Below are positions 25,850-38,721 of a DNA stretch of 64,000 bases, piece after piece. The stretch's first letter is position 1; every line of letters begins with the position of its first letter. The translations under genes were made by a program, and so were the position numbers. Source of the stretch: Squalus acanthias (taxonomy: Eukaryota). The notes beneath the pieces were generated by a model that made no database searches, was not told where the DNA came from, and saw nothing but the letters and a program-made list of their open reading frames with translations. The stretch lies in the NCBI GenBank assembly GCA_030390025.1, contig CM059432.1, positions 22,942,001-23,006,000 on the forward strand. The letters are read 5' to 3'.

Positions 25850-26510
25850 CCGCATCTGCAGACGTACCTCCTTTTGGCAAATATTAGTGCTGGTGGAGGT
25901 TTCTTCTGCCAGAGGAAGCTAGGACAGCAGATCACTGATAGCATCATTAAGGTATGTGAATGCCTGACTAACTGCAATGTTGGATTCTTCCATGAAAGCA
26001 CCTGCTCACATGAAAGGCACGATCATTTGGCCACATACACCAAGATGCCACTAATTTTTACTGTAGGCCTTGACACACCCACCTACCAGTGGGGAGCTGT
26101 CTTCTCAGGTTCTAGGTTAGCAGAGAAGCCAGTGGGGTGCAGTGCCATCTGTTGCAAGGATGCTTACAGCTACCATGAAGTACAAGGCTGGCACAACCAG
26201 TGATCGTAGCGGTCAACTGATGACAGAAACTTGGCTTTACCACATTGCAGGTATGCTGCAATGTTGACCTATGAGATGGTGCCATGGAATGGCTCAGGTG
26301 GCACTCACTGGCAGTTCTGATTGCAACCCCGTCATGCAGCGCAAGATGCAAACCAGTCCAGTCCGTCCGAAACATGCTATTACATTTTTGGGGTTTTATG
26401 CTCGGGATTCTACTTGGGTTCAGCATCAATGATCACTCTCAAAAGTGGAACTTGCATGCCTTTATCTGCCCAAGATCCAGGTAAATGTAGTGAGACCCAG
26501 GGTCAAGGAA
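25850..26510 (+). pseudogene. Very degenerate Harbinger transposase remnant
   Basis: Fragments SARGS*, IIKVCECL, AQDPGKCSE are colinear with [23 protein letters not shown] of the 30221-31479 transposase. Confidence 0.45.
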
Positions 26511-26659
26511 TGGACAGGGAGCTCAGCATACTGCAACATATCATGTCTTACCAATAGGTAGATGGAATATACCCTCTGTTAGAATGAGCTCAGGCTATAA
26601 ACCCAAAAACAAATTAATTTAACACTCAACTGGTAAACGAACAGCAAAAACAGGATATT

Positions 26660-27256
26660 TAGAATCATAGAATCATAGAATGGTTACAGCACCGAAGTTG
26701 CCATTCGGCCTGGCGAGCCTGTGCCAGCTCTCTGCAAGACCACGTCAGCTAGTCCCACCGCCACCCCCCCACCCCCCACCCTTTCCCTGTAGCACTGCAA
26801 AAAAAATTCCTTCAGATACTTATCCAATTCCCTTTTGAAATCCACGATTGAATCTGCCTCCACCACCCTTTCAGGCAGTGCATTCCAGATCCTAACCACT
26901 TGCTGCGTAAAAAAGCTTTTCCTCATGTTACCTTTGGTTCTTTTGCCAATCACCTTAAATCTGTGTCCTCTGATTCTTAACCCTTCCGCCAATGGGAACA
27001 ATTTCTCTCTATTTACTCTGTCTAGACCCCTCATGATTTTGAATACCTCTATCAAATCTCCTCTCAATCTTCTCTGCTCTAAGGAGAACAACCCCAGCTT
27101 CTCCAGTCTATCCACGTAACTGAAGTCCCTCATCCCTGGAACCATTCTCGTAAATCTTTTCTGCACCTTCTCTAAGGCCTTCACATCCTTCCTAAAGTGT
27201 GGCACCCAGAATTGGACACAATACTCCAGTTGAGGCCGAACCAGAGTTTTACAAAG
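26660..27256 (-). mobile_element. Well-preserved CR1 3' end
   Basis: ORF 26684-27205 PHFRKDVKALEKVQKRFTRMVPG...RRLRGDLIEVFKI; (TAGAATCA)n tail. Confidence 0.92.
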
Positions 27257-27529
27257 GTACTTGCAAATTTTACGTATCCCCTTGAAAGATCAGAACAACA
27301 AAGATACTTCTCCGGTGCTACCTGTCAACAAATATTGATCCTTGAAACATCGTCACTCACTTGTGTGATGAAATATTACCGAAGAGCCAGATCTTGCTCA
27401 GTCTCTCTGATGGTTTCAGACTGATCTGAGCCTTTGCAGACTGATATAAGCTCTCAATTGGAAGCTCCTGGCCACACAGCAGTCTGTTAAAGGGACTACA
27501 AAAATCATTACCCCTAAGCTTCAGACATA

Positions 27530-27865
27530 TATAGTGCCATATCAGGTCCTCAGGGCATCCCAAAGCATTTTATAACGAAGGGCTTACTTTTCAAAATGTA
27601 GTATCTGTTGTTATGAAGGCTAATGTGGCTGCCAATTTGTGCACAGCAAGGTCCCACAAACAGCAAGTGAACAAATGAATGAATTAACCTGTTTTTGGGT
27701 GGATGAGTGAGGACTGTTGGTCAGGACTTCTCCCCACTCTTACCAAATAACGGCATGGGTTCTTTTACATCCATCCAAGGAGGCAGATGGAGGTCTTAGC
27801 TTAACGTCTCATCTAAAATGCGCCACCTCCAACAATGCAGTGCTCATTTAGTACTGCACTCGAGG
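27530..27865 (-). mobile_element. Deu-domain SINE, degenerate
   Basis: Similar to 34385-34846. Confidence 0.7.
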
Positions 27866-30220
27866 GTTACAATTTTGTCTTGTGCCCAAACCGGGCAGCA
27901 TGTCGGCAGAGCAATTGTTCTGCCTGCCGCTCCGTGCCAACCTGAGGTTTGAGCAGAAGAAAAGAAACAGAATGACGTGTAAAATGCTTAGGTGGCGAAC
28001 AGGAAGTAGTGAAGTGGCAGAAGTGATATTAGCAGAAGAGAATAGGAGACAGAATATGAGAATTCTAAGAAATAAAAGACATATATGAGGCACAGGGACC
28101 GTGTGAATAGCTAAAGGGGCGGTGGGGGGGGGGCGGGGGCGGTGGGGGAGGGTGCGCAGGGGATAGGTAGTAGAAAGAAAAGCATGAAACACTTTCAAAG
28201 CAGAGTAGGATTCAGTGGCCCAGGAGTCTGGTTTAATGAACAGTTTGATACCAAGGGTGTAGACCGCGACATTCCAACCCTTACTCATATTCCAGACTCT
28301 CGCTCTTGCAGTTAAGAACTACTTCATTGAATTATTTCCTTGTATATAATTGCCAGTCATCTACTTATCTTCCATAGCAAAATAAAGCTCCCCCTCCTCT
28401 CAGCGGGAAGCGATTAACCATGCGACTGTGTGGTTCGACTGTTTGCTCTTATCTTACTGAATGTTTGTTAGAGAGGAGTTAAAATTACAAAAACGACCTC
28501 TCCTCCATTGTGCTGTTCACAGTTTTTAACATCACTAAGGTTGCCAAAGCAGCAAATCGACCTTGAGACACATTAGTCCTCTGCAGAGAATGACACAGAG
28601 AGAAAAATAGCTGCCACTATCTGAGGAAAGAATTGTATTATATCAGTTTCTCATCATCAGTCTTGCATTAAACTGAAAATAATCGTTCATGTCATGCAGT
28701 CAGCCCCTTATTTATAGGCAGAAATGACAGCTCTTTAGATGAAACTGCAAAATAATAATCTTAGGAAAAAATCTGTGTGTAATATTGCCATCCTTTATTT
28801 TTCTTCTATTGAAAATGTATTGTTTTTTAAGAAAGCTGTATGGGAGCTTTGGAAAGGAAGATACAGCTCTGACCTGAAACATGAACTCTGCTTCTCTCTC
28901 CACAGATGTTGCCTGACCTGCTGAGTATTTTCAGCATTTCCTGTTTATATTTCTGAAAGGAAGATACGTGTGAATTGGTCTTTTCCTATTTATATTTTTC
29001 CCCTTCGTCTTCCTCCAATTTTCCCCCTTTGTCTTCTGAAGGCGCCAACTCATATTGGGGTACAGTTCCAGATGCCAGGTCGCCCAAGTGGCCATCCATC
29101 ATGTGTAAGTCCACACACTGAATCAGTGGGCTATATGACCATTCGGGGCATTACAGGTGAGCTGGAGTCTGGTCTCAATCTGCTGCCCACAAACACACAT
29201 TCTGGAGCAGTCACTGGACACCGTTTGGGAGTGAGAACTATTACATAGAATTACAGCACAGAAACAGGCCATTCAGCCTAACAAGTCTATGTTGGTGTTT
29301 ATGCTCCGCACAAGCCTCCTCCCACCTTACTTCATCTTACCCAAGCAACATATCAACTCTGGCGGATTTTTACCCCCTCCCTGTAAAAGAAGCACTGAGC
29401 CAAACTGCAGCACCCCTGCTGCCATCCTGATTATACGTGCATGGTGATAATGTGCCCAATTGCAGTGATGAGTGCTTTGCTCATTGTCTATGATTTTGCA
29501 TTAGAATAAAAATGATCCAACAATAAATAAACAATGTGAGAAAATTTATCTCTCCCTTCCCCATAACTCCTTCATAGCTTTTTATACTCATCCATACAGA
29601 TATGATGGTCTCCTAGTATGGTCCACATATTGGAACAATTGGCTTGGATTTTCTAGTGCCCATTGGAAAAATTTCAGGGTTGGAGTCATAGGGCTCGAAT
29701 TTCATCGGGCCGTTGAGGCGGGATTGGAGGCGTGTGGGTGGTTAAAATTGCAAAAACTGGCGGGCGGGCCCAACCCTGCCTCCATCCCGCCTCCAAGCAA
29801 TTTTCATTAAATCGTGTCTACTGGTCCCGTCTCCGTCCCGCCTCCAAGAGGCGGGATAGGCCGTTAAGGCCCTTAACAAGCACCAAATTGCCTCTATAAT
29901 GCCATTTTGATAGGCCTTTGTGATTTTAACCCTTTTCCCACGTGAAGCACGCCTGTTCTGAAACACGACGGTGAAACCTGGCGGTAGCACAATTGGATTG
30001 CTGACTATCAGCTGCAGCTCAACCATTAAATAGGAGATTTGATCAGCCATCATTTGCAGGTGGCAGGACTTTGCTGTCTCAGGTCTGGGGGATCTTTTAG
30101 AAGGCATAACCACAGCTGTGGAAGTTTGGAGCCTGACACCCATCTCCAATGTGACCTCCTGGGAAACCCCTCTCGCCACCTTGACTGAGCGCTTCCTCAA
30201 CTGAGGCATATACCAGAAGC

Positions 30221-31479
30221 ATGGGAGCCATTTATTTCCTTCCCTTCTGGACCTCAGATGAGGACGAAGACCAGCCGCAGCACCAGCAGAACCATGAACA
30301 ACAGCAGCACCAACAGCAGCACCAAAAGCAGCAGCACCAACAGGAGCGCCAAGCTGCTGCTCACCCACCTGAAGCTGCACAGGCCAGAAGGGGCCAGCGC
30401 ATGGAAGCCCGTCGGCGCAGGAGATACCCCCCAAACAGGGTCTACAGACATAGGGTCAGCTACCTCAACATGTCTGAGCAGCAGTGCCAAAGGCGGCTCC
30501 GACTTTCGCGAGAGGTAGTGGTGACATCTACGCAATGCTGCAACAAGACCTGGAGCCCAGAGGACCAGGTAGACAACCCTTACCAGTGGCCATCAAAGTC
30601 ACCACCGCACTCAACTTTTTTGCCTCAGGCTCATTCCAGGGATCAGCAGCAGACATCAGCGGCATCTCCCAGGCGGCCGCACACACTTGCATCACGCAGG
30701 TAACCGATGCCCTCTTTGCCATCGCACACAATCACATCCATTTCACCAAGGATCAAGCAAGTGTCACGGCGCGATGGGTTGGATTAGCTAATCTGGCAGG
30801 TTTTCCAAGGGTGCAGGGCATCGTTGACTGCATACATGTGGCCCTTAAGGCACCCCATCGCAATCCAGGTATTTTTGTCAACCGCAAGGGCTTCCACTCC
30901 CTCAATGTTCAGCTGGTGTGTGACCACAAGAAGGAAATTTTGCATGTTTGTGCCAAGTACCCTGGCAGTTGCCATGACTCCTTCATACTGCGCCAGTCTA
31001 GTGTGCCTCCGCTATTCAGTCCGCCAGACCAACTTAATGGATGGCTACTTGGAGACAAGGGCTATCCCCTGAAGACCTGGCTAATGACGCCATTGAGGAG
31101 CCCATCCAATGAAGCTGAGGAGAGCTACAACTCCAGCCACATGTCCACCAGAGCCATAATCGAGCAAACCATTGGTTTGCTAAAGATGCGCTTCAGATGC
31201 CTGGATAGATCAGGTGGAGCCCTGCAGTACTCAGCAGCCAGGGTCTCCAGAATCATTGTGCTTTGCTGTGCACTTCACAACATGGCACAGCGTCGTGGCT
31301 TGCAGATTCCTGAGGACCAAGTGGCTCGTCACATATCATCCTCAGATGAGGAGGAGGAGGAGGAGGAGGAGATCGAAAACGAACATCTTGCAGAGGCCCA
31401 TCAACCAGCGGCAGCAGTACGCGAGAACATTGCTGCCCGGGATGCAAGGAACGCACTCATCTTGGCCAGATTTGCTTAG
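30221..31479 (+). pseudogene. Harbinger (HARBI1-like) DDE transposase with one frameshift near 30520
   Basis: [72 protein letters not shown]-rich N-terminus in the other frame. Confidence 0.93.
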
Positions 31480-31736
31480 CCTAGCCAATCAAGCACTTTT
31501 GCCTCGCAGCTTCTTACCTGAGCATCGACAATGGCCAAGAACCAACGGATTCCTAGCAATTTGAACACCATACTGACAATTGCAAGTAATCCTAAGCCCT
31601 CAATGTGGAAGTCCCATTCGCGAAATGACACATGCCACAACTACAGCAGTAGCCATCAGATTTTTTATTTACAGTAATCATCTGATGGCTTTTTAACATA
31701 AAACATCAAAATTCACCCAAGTGACTACCCTTGTGA

Positions 31737-33718
31737 CTATTTGTGCACTATCTTTCTCTTACGCATGCTCCTACGTGGTGCTTCCCCTGTGGCTTCAGCA
31801 GATGTGGAGGCCCCTTGCTCACTTTCTTGCTGCTCCTGTTTCGACACCTTTGGCGGGCGTCCTCTGGGGTTGCAAACCTGTGAGGGCTCACCAACAGTCT
31901 GCTGCTCCTACGGCTGTGCAGGGGTTGAGACGCCGATCACAGTTGGGTGCGGACTCTGGTGGGGCTTTGACTGAGGACTTGTCAGTGGCATGGAAGTGTG
32001 AGCGCTTGGAGAGGAGCCCCCACTTCCTTGTTCTCTGCAAACAACATCCCTCTCATGGGTCAGGTCCACCTCAGCACTTGCAAGTGGATTGAGAGCACCT
32101 TCCTTGCTGCACATCAGGGGTGCCATGGGGACCCGTATCTGCACTGGAAGTCCTACTCAGAAGGACTTCTATGAAGGTCTGGTTTCTGTGTTCATTAGAT
32201 GACCATCGCTCCTCCAGAGATGTCATTCTATTCTGAACACTCACCATGTTTTCTGCACTCTGGCGACTTATCTCCTCCATGGCTGCAGCCATCCTCTCGT
32301 CTACTGTAGCCATCCTTTCGACGGAGATTGCCATCATTTGCACGGAGGTTGCCATCCTTTCCGTGGTGATGCGTTCATGCGCCAATGACTCCAGAAAGGC
32401 TCTGCTCATGTTCACAATGGACTCCTCCATTCGCTCCACACTCACAGCGACCCTGGAGACAAAACCTGTCAGAGACTCCTGCATCTGTTCCTGGAGTTAC
32501 AGCACCGCTGATCTTATGGATGGACCCAGAGGCAGAGGGTCGACATGCAGCTGAGCTGAGCTGGGAGAGTCCTGCACCCTCCCACTAGGACTCTCCACTG
32601 CTGTCACTGTCTCCACAATCTGCTGATGCTCACTTGTGAGCTGTGATACACCAGGTGACAACACTACGCTATCTCGCAATGTTCCCTCCAAGGTGTGAGT
32701 GTCTGCGCTGGTGCTGGGTGCACTGAATTCTGCTGACGCTGCGCCTTCAGAGGTTGCAGCTTCCTCTGAGGAGTCTTGAGACTCATGCTCTTCCTCCTGG
32801 ATAGTGGGGACGGGTGCTTGCGATGGTCCTGGGGGGAGTAAAGGAAAGCGTCAGAGATGTGAGGCCAAGGTTACATGCATATTGCATATTGCAGATGATC
32901 ATAAGTCCAACTGTTAGAGCTTCAGAATCATTATCAGCGACTCATGCAATGTCATTGAGAGAGATGGAAAACTATTCTGTCACCAGCTTGCTGTGATGCG
33001 CCCGTCTGTCCGTCCCCCACTTGGGAATCTTCCTCCACTCTCACCATCTCCAGGACCGCCTCCTCCCAGGTGGTGAGCTGGGCTACTGAGGGTGGCCCTC
33101 CACCTGTCCTCACTCTTTCCCTCTTATTGTGTGCTCTCTTTTCCTGCAATGAGGGAGACAAGTGGAGTTTGAGTGAGAATGAAGGAGTGAGTGTAGAGAA
33201 TCCATAGCATAGATGCTTTGAGGGAGACAAAGATGGAGTGAGATGGCAAGACCAAGGGCCCTCCTTGTGTGTTGTAAGTTGTAATTGCATCACAGTGATA
33301 GGGAGTGTGAGGGCTGCATAGTCGAATAGTTAGGTGAATGTGACCATAGAGAGAGAGGGAATGGGTAAGGGTGCATGGATGTCAGTGTCAAGTGGGATGT
33401 GGAGGAAGAGATTGCTAAAGCTGAGTGCTGGTGAGGAGAGGCAATGGGAATCAGATTGAGGGTGATGGGAAATTCATACTCACTTTTCCAGTGCGCAGAA
33501 GTTCATGAAGTCTCTTCCTGCACTGAAGCCAGGTTCTGCGGGTTATTGACAAAGAGTTGACCTCCTCTGCCACCTGGATCCACACAGCCTTGGTTTGCTG
33601 GGGAGGCTTCTTCCTCCCTGAAGAAGGGAAGATCTCTGTTTGCTCTTACTCCCTCTACTAAAGCCTGCAGGGCAATGTCATCAAATCGGGGTGCAGACCT
33701 AGGTCTCTGGCTGGCCAT
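31737..33718 (-). pseudogene. Harbinger Myb/SANT DNA-binding protein gene, 3 exons (33484-33718, 32984-33143, 31737-32828), disrupted
   Basis: APRFDDIALQALVEGV / KAVWIQVAEEVNSLSITRRTWLQCRKRLHELLR; GT-AG sites with compatible phases; EKRAHNKRERVRTGGGPP; stops at 32497 and 31908, frameshifts in exons 1 and 3. Confidence 0.85.
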
Positions 33719-34384
33719 TCTTCCTGCAGGTGCCTCTAACATGCAAGGGCAAAAGCTTGGCAGTCTGCAGAAGAAGCAAGGCTTGTTGCAGTCCTTAAAT
33801 GCAGCAGCAATTATGACGTCATTGAAGGCGACTTTCAGACTGGAAAAACTCACTGGCCATGGGTTCCCACACGTTGGAACTCAATTGGCCAATTAGGTTA
33901 AAATGGCATCATTCTCCCACATCGATTTAGAAATGGGTGGCTAACACGAAATGCGGATTACACGACCCCAGCCCGCCCCGTATCAAAATCCAGCCCATAG
34001 AGTCATAGAGTCATACGGCACAGAAGGAGGCCATTCGGCCCATCGAGTCCGTGCCAGGACTTCTGCCCAATCACGAGATCATGCCTTTTCCTGGGAGTGG
34101 CCTAATTAAGCACACAAGAGTGGTTAAAGCCAAAATTCCCGTTGCTGAGCGGTATGTCACTGTTGGGGAGGGAGGTAAATCTTGTGCAGCTGCTGTGGTT
34201 AAAAGGCTGCTACAGCGCAATGGACCAAAGGACAGTTCAAGCCTTCATGAGGTAGAGATAGAGCAGGAACACAGTGAGCGGAGCATAGCAGAAAATGGGC
34301 CAGCACCAGAAGTGTTTGCTGTGATGAAAGTGCCTAGAATCTCAGCAGCTTCCATGGAGATAACATGAGCAGAGATATAAAGAA

Positions 34385-34846
34385 AAAGAAAGATTTGCAT
34401 TTATATAGCGCCTTTCACAACCATAGGATGTCCCAAAGCACTTTACAGCCAATGAAGTACGTCTGAAGTGTAGTCACTGTTGTAATGTAGGAAACATGGC
34501 GGCCAATTTGCACACAGCAAGCTCCCACAAACAGCAATGTGATAATGACCAGATAATCTGCTTTAGTGATGTTGATTGAAGGATAAACATTGGCCAGGAC
34601 ACCAGGGATAACTTACCTGCTCTTCTTCGAAATAGTGCCATGGGATCTTTTACATCCACCTGAGAGATCGGACGAGGCCTCGGTTTTAACATCTCATCTG
34701 AGAGGCGGCACCTCCGACAGTGCAGCACCCCCTCACTACTGCACTGGAATGTCAGCCTAGATTTTTGTGCTCAAGTCTCTGGAATGGGACTTGAAGCCAC
34801 AACCTTCTGACTCAGAGGCGAGGGTGCTACCCAGTGAGTCACGGCA
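34385..34846 (-). mobile_element. Near full-length Deu-domain SINE
   Basis: tRNA-like head, Deu core and GGCGCTATATAAATGCAAA tail on the minus strand. Confidence 0.85.
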
Positions 34847-35659
34847 GACATGGGCAATGGGGGTGGGGGGTAGATTATTTGGCATCAAAGTCAGAAAGTC
34901 CTAAATAAAGGATAGTGTATGCAATCTGGAGGGAGGTACTGCATGCAGTCAATGCCACATCAACCTACCCACAAACAACAATACAGTGCTAGACTCATTT
35001 TAATGGCCTCAACAGATTGGCCAAGGTAAGTGTCATGAGTGCTCACAGACATCCCAAGCAGACTACACTTACCAAATGTCATGTCTCAAATTACTCATAT
35101 GTGAGTTCAATATGATGTATGACATTTGATTGTGTGCTTGTCAACCAAGAAAATCAAACATTGCCAAACCCTTTTTTCATGAAGCTCATAAAACTTATGA
35201 CATTGGGAGCATTGGCTTGTAGGAATTACTAAACCCAGCACAAATGAAACAGATGGCATTACCAGAGGGATAACCATTAAAAGCAGATGTTTCAAGAATT
35301 GTGGTGACAACTGTTAATGTTAAGCTCTCTTGCACTCTTAGAAATGGCGATAATACTAACATATTAAACTCTTCAGGATATGTTTTCTTTCCAAAACTGG
35401 AGTCATTTATGTAAAGCAATCAGGATGCATGACATCCTAATCAATCACGAGTCCACCTAGAGAATGATCTTTTTTAATTGTGTTTTTTTTGGATGGATGT
35501 TAGTGCTGAAAAGGAATATATTTCCACTTTTTGCATCCAGTGTCTGCAGCAAGAGATCTCAGACCAGGTAACATGGGTTAGCTGCACATCAAAGCTCTGC
35601 TCCAATATTGGCCGTGAGTTTCTTCAGAGTTGCTCCTGCTCCCCCATTGTAACTTCACC

Positions 35660-35820
35660 ATAACTGTGGCCTCCAGTTGAAAATTATTAATCTTATGTTT
35701 AAATCCCTTCATGGCTTCCGCCTTCCAATCCTTGTAACCTCCCCGAGCTGAACCACCTTACGTTCCTTCGACACTGGCCTCTTGCGCATCTCCTCCTCCC
35801 TTCGCCCCACCATTGGCAGC
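35660..35820 (+). mobile_element. L2 LINE fragment
   Basis: Similar to 56600-56765. Confidence 0.6.
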
Positions 35821-36259
35821 TAGAAACGAACTCTATTGATTAAAGCAAGGAATGCTTGCCAGGACAACACCATGCTGTTCTCTGAATAGTGCCATGGTAG
35901 CTTTTACTATTTACCAAAACAGGTGAACATCTCCGACAATGGCTGGTACTTCTGACTCCCCTCAGAGTCAGACTAGGCTATGAGATCAAGCCCTGGACTG
36001 TGGCTTGATCCAGAACTGAGATGCTACCAAATGAGCCAAGCCAGCACACTTTATATTCTCCGTTGCATCATCTGCATTAACTTGAGAAATCCATGATGCA
36101 TTTCAATGGTAATAACTTAAGTTTGGTGTTAATACAAGGAACCTTAGCCCAGATCTGTCAATGCAATCAAATATGATATTGATTTTATTTACATTTTATT
36201 TTAAACTTTAATTTATTGCTGCAACTTTAACAAATTTCACGTTATATAATTGAAGCTAC

Positions 36260-37500
36260 TATCTGCCGTGACAACCGTTGAACCCCTTAAATTAATTTCA
36301 CAGCCCGAACACAAGGTGGCGCGATTTCTCTGCACCATCGCCTCGAGGCTGGATTATCACTTTTGAAAACATCAGTTCTGAAATAAAATAGCAGTTTCCG
36401 ATCAGATTACTGATATATCTTTACAATTGTATTAATTTTTTTTTAAACCCAGCCGGGGAATATGAAACAAACCTCAAATGTCAATGAAGGAAGGCAACCA
36501 GCCTCTCTGTTTAATGGATTTGCTATGAGATGGTTTCAGATACACAAGTACCAAAATACCCCAAAGTTTGCTATAATTGGATGGGCCGTCTATGTGCTGC
36601 CGCTGAAACTTAATACAGTGACACTGCCCCAATCTAGAAGGGCTGAAGATGATCAAGAGATGAGGGATTTACTGAGAGAGAGAAAAAATAAATAGTGAAG
36701 AGGGGAACTTTCTTGTGTTTCTAACTGGGTTTACTTCTTCAGTGGATGATCTTCAGATTCATTCAAAGTGTGATTTTTCTTTGGAAAAACTTGGACGCTT
36801 GGATCGTGATGGGAGAGCTGTCACTTTAAAAAAAACTGAATTGAATAATCTGGAGTGTTTTTTTGGCTCTTTGCTCAGTTTTGTCAATTATTTTCTTTTT
36901 CCCATGATCGTGAGAATTTGACCTTGAAAGTTCTTTTTTAAGGAAATCTTCAGTGCAGGTAAGAATCTAATTTGAAACGAACATAATCTTTGCTCCCTGA
37001 GCTAAAAGGATATTGCTCTAATGAGAGCTACTTACAGGTCGGTGGAATGCCAAGCTTAAATATTAATTTTAATGCTTAGTGCAAAAAGTTAATTTGTCTG
37101 CATGCTTCTTTAAATAATTATCCCGTGGTGTTTGTTTAACCTTTTATTTTAAATTAAGTGTATTGATTGTAAGTTCAGTAATTATGTCCCATGTGATGCA
37201 ATGTTGCGTTTTACACCCGCCCCTCCCGAGAACAAAAGCGTTATATAAATTCGGGAACATTTTTTGAGTTAAATGCAAATCTTATTTCTCGGTCACTTGT
37301 TTACTTTTGGACATGCAAAGCAAACGATAAGTTAAAGAATGCTGTCAGCGTGGTTTGAGGGCAACATTTTTTTCTCCTGTCTTTCCAGTCCTGGGTTTAC
37401 ATTCAAACTCCAGGATACTTTATCCTGCTTATCGGATCATCGAGAGTTCGATTATAGCTGGACATAACTGAAAGGCCAGTGCCATTCTGCCAAAATGTCT
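36260..37500 (+). promoter_or_regulatory. Possible promoter / non-coding first-exon region
   Basis: Non-repeat DNA retaining many CpGs; CTCF-like CACAAGGTGGCGC at ~36310; donor-like CAG/GTAAGA at 36959; acceptor-like TTTTTCTCCTGTCTTTCCAG ending 37388. Confidence 0.35.
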
Positions 37501-37724
37501 TAACCCGTTTTTAAAATGACCTGTGTGTGTGTGTGTGTGTGTTCATAGGTTTGATGCTTGCCAGTGCAGGCAATGGCACAGTTTTCCACTTTGGGCACCC
37601 AGTTGTCATGACAAGTGAGAGGCAGAACATAACACTCTCTGCTCTGCCACTTACAATATGCCCTCAAGCCCCCTACTGCATCAGGATAACATTGCTATTT
37701 CCAAACCAGCTTTCTTTTGTGGCC

Positions 37725-38140
37725 TATCTAATGCTCCAATTATGTGCCAGGTATTGGTGTCAGAGGGCATGGCCTCTCACCCTGTGTCTATCTAATGCCC
37801 CACATAAATGTCAGGTCTTGCGTTGGAGGGTGTCTTCTTCCATACTGTATCTAATGCCCCAATTAATGTCAAGTCTTGTGTTGGAAGGTGTCTTCTTCCA
37901 CATTGTCTCTATCTAATGCCCCATCTAAATGCCAGGTCTTGTGTTGGAGGATGTATTTTCCACACTGTCTCTATCTAATGCCCCAATTAATGTCAGGTCT
38001 TGCATTGGAGGGTATGTTCTTTCACGCTGTGCCTATCTAATACCCCACCTAAATGATAGGTCTTGCGTTGAAGGGTCTGTTCTTTCACGCTGTGCCTATC
38101 TAATACCCCAAGTAAATGCCAGGTCTTGCATTGGAGGCTG
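37725..38140. repeat. Minisatellite, ~7 units of ~59-64 bp
   Basis: Each unit starts TATCTAAT(G/A)C and contains an AGGTCTTG..TTGGAGG-like motif. Confidence 0.92.
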
Positions 38141-38721
38141 TGGTCATTCATGCTGTGTCAGAGCGGCTGCAGTGTAACTATGTGATATCATAGTGGCATC
38201 TGACACTTGGCACTTGGGACGATGCTTGAAGTCCCACACTATTTAAAGATAATAAATAATATGGGTAATTTTAACTCGTGCGCAGAGGACTTTTCAAATC
38301 ATTGGAAATCTCACTGGGGGACAGAAGCCAGCGAGCAGTGCACTGTTTGCATTTCAGAGTGCTGCCTTCCCACTCTCAAGGTGAATAGTACACGATATGG
38401 CTACACACTCACATCACTGTGAATTTCTATACTGTGGTGCTATTTGTTTTTCCAAAATTAACCCTAATCTTCAGTCTGCTTGACAATGGCACATCTATTA
38501 TCAGCAAGAAAGGCATTTTATCAACGCTCCGGTATCCAGCCACAATGAGATACTACAGACCACACAGCTGTGACTGCCCACCAATTTCTTGTTTTCCCAT
38601 CCTTCTTTTCCACCTTGTAGAGGAATGCCACTGGCTTGTCTTGGTGCCTTGCATTGCCGGTAGCACGGAATAGGTAACCTAGCCCTGGGCCTCAGCCACT
38701 AGTGCTATGAAACCAATCATT

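Larger units (their letters stand above)
29691..33996. mobile_element. PIF/Harbinger DNA transposon, full structure (transposase plus Myb/SANT gene, convergent)
   Basis: Imperfect TIRs GGGCTCGAATTTCAT / ATCAAAATCCAGCCC; ATA on both flanks; inserted in the (CATAGAGT)n tail of a CR1 3' end. Confidence 0.93.

Noticed and set aside
30221..31479. Domesticated host HARBI1 gene
   Set aside because: Frameshifted, bounded by TIRs and a TSD, and paired with a disrupted Myb gene.
37725..38140. CRISPR-like array
   Set aside because: The sequences between conserved motifs are homologous to each other rather than unique spacers; eukaryotic context; no cas genes.
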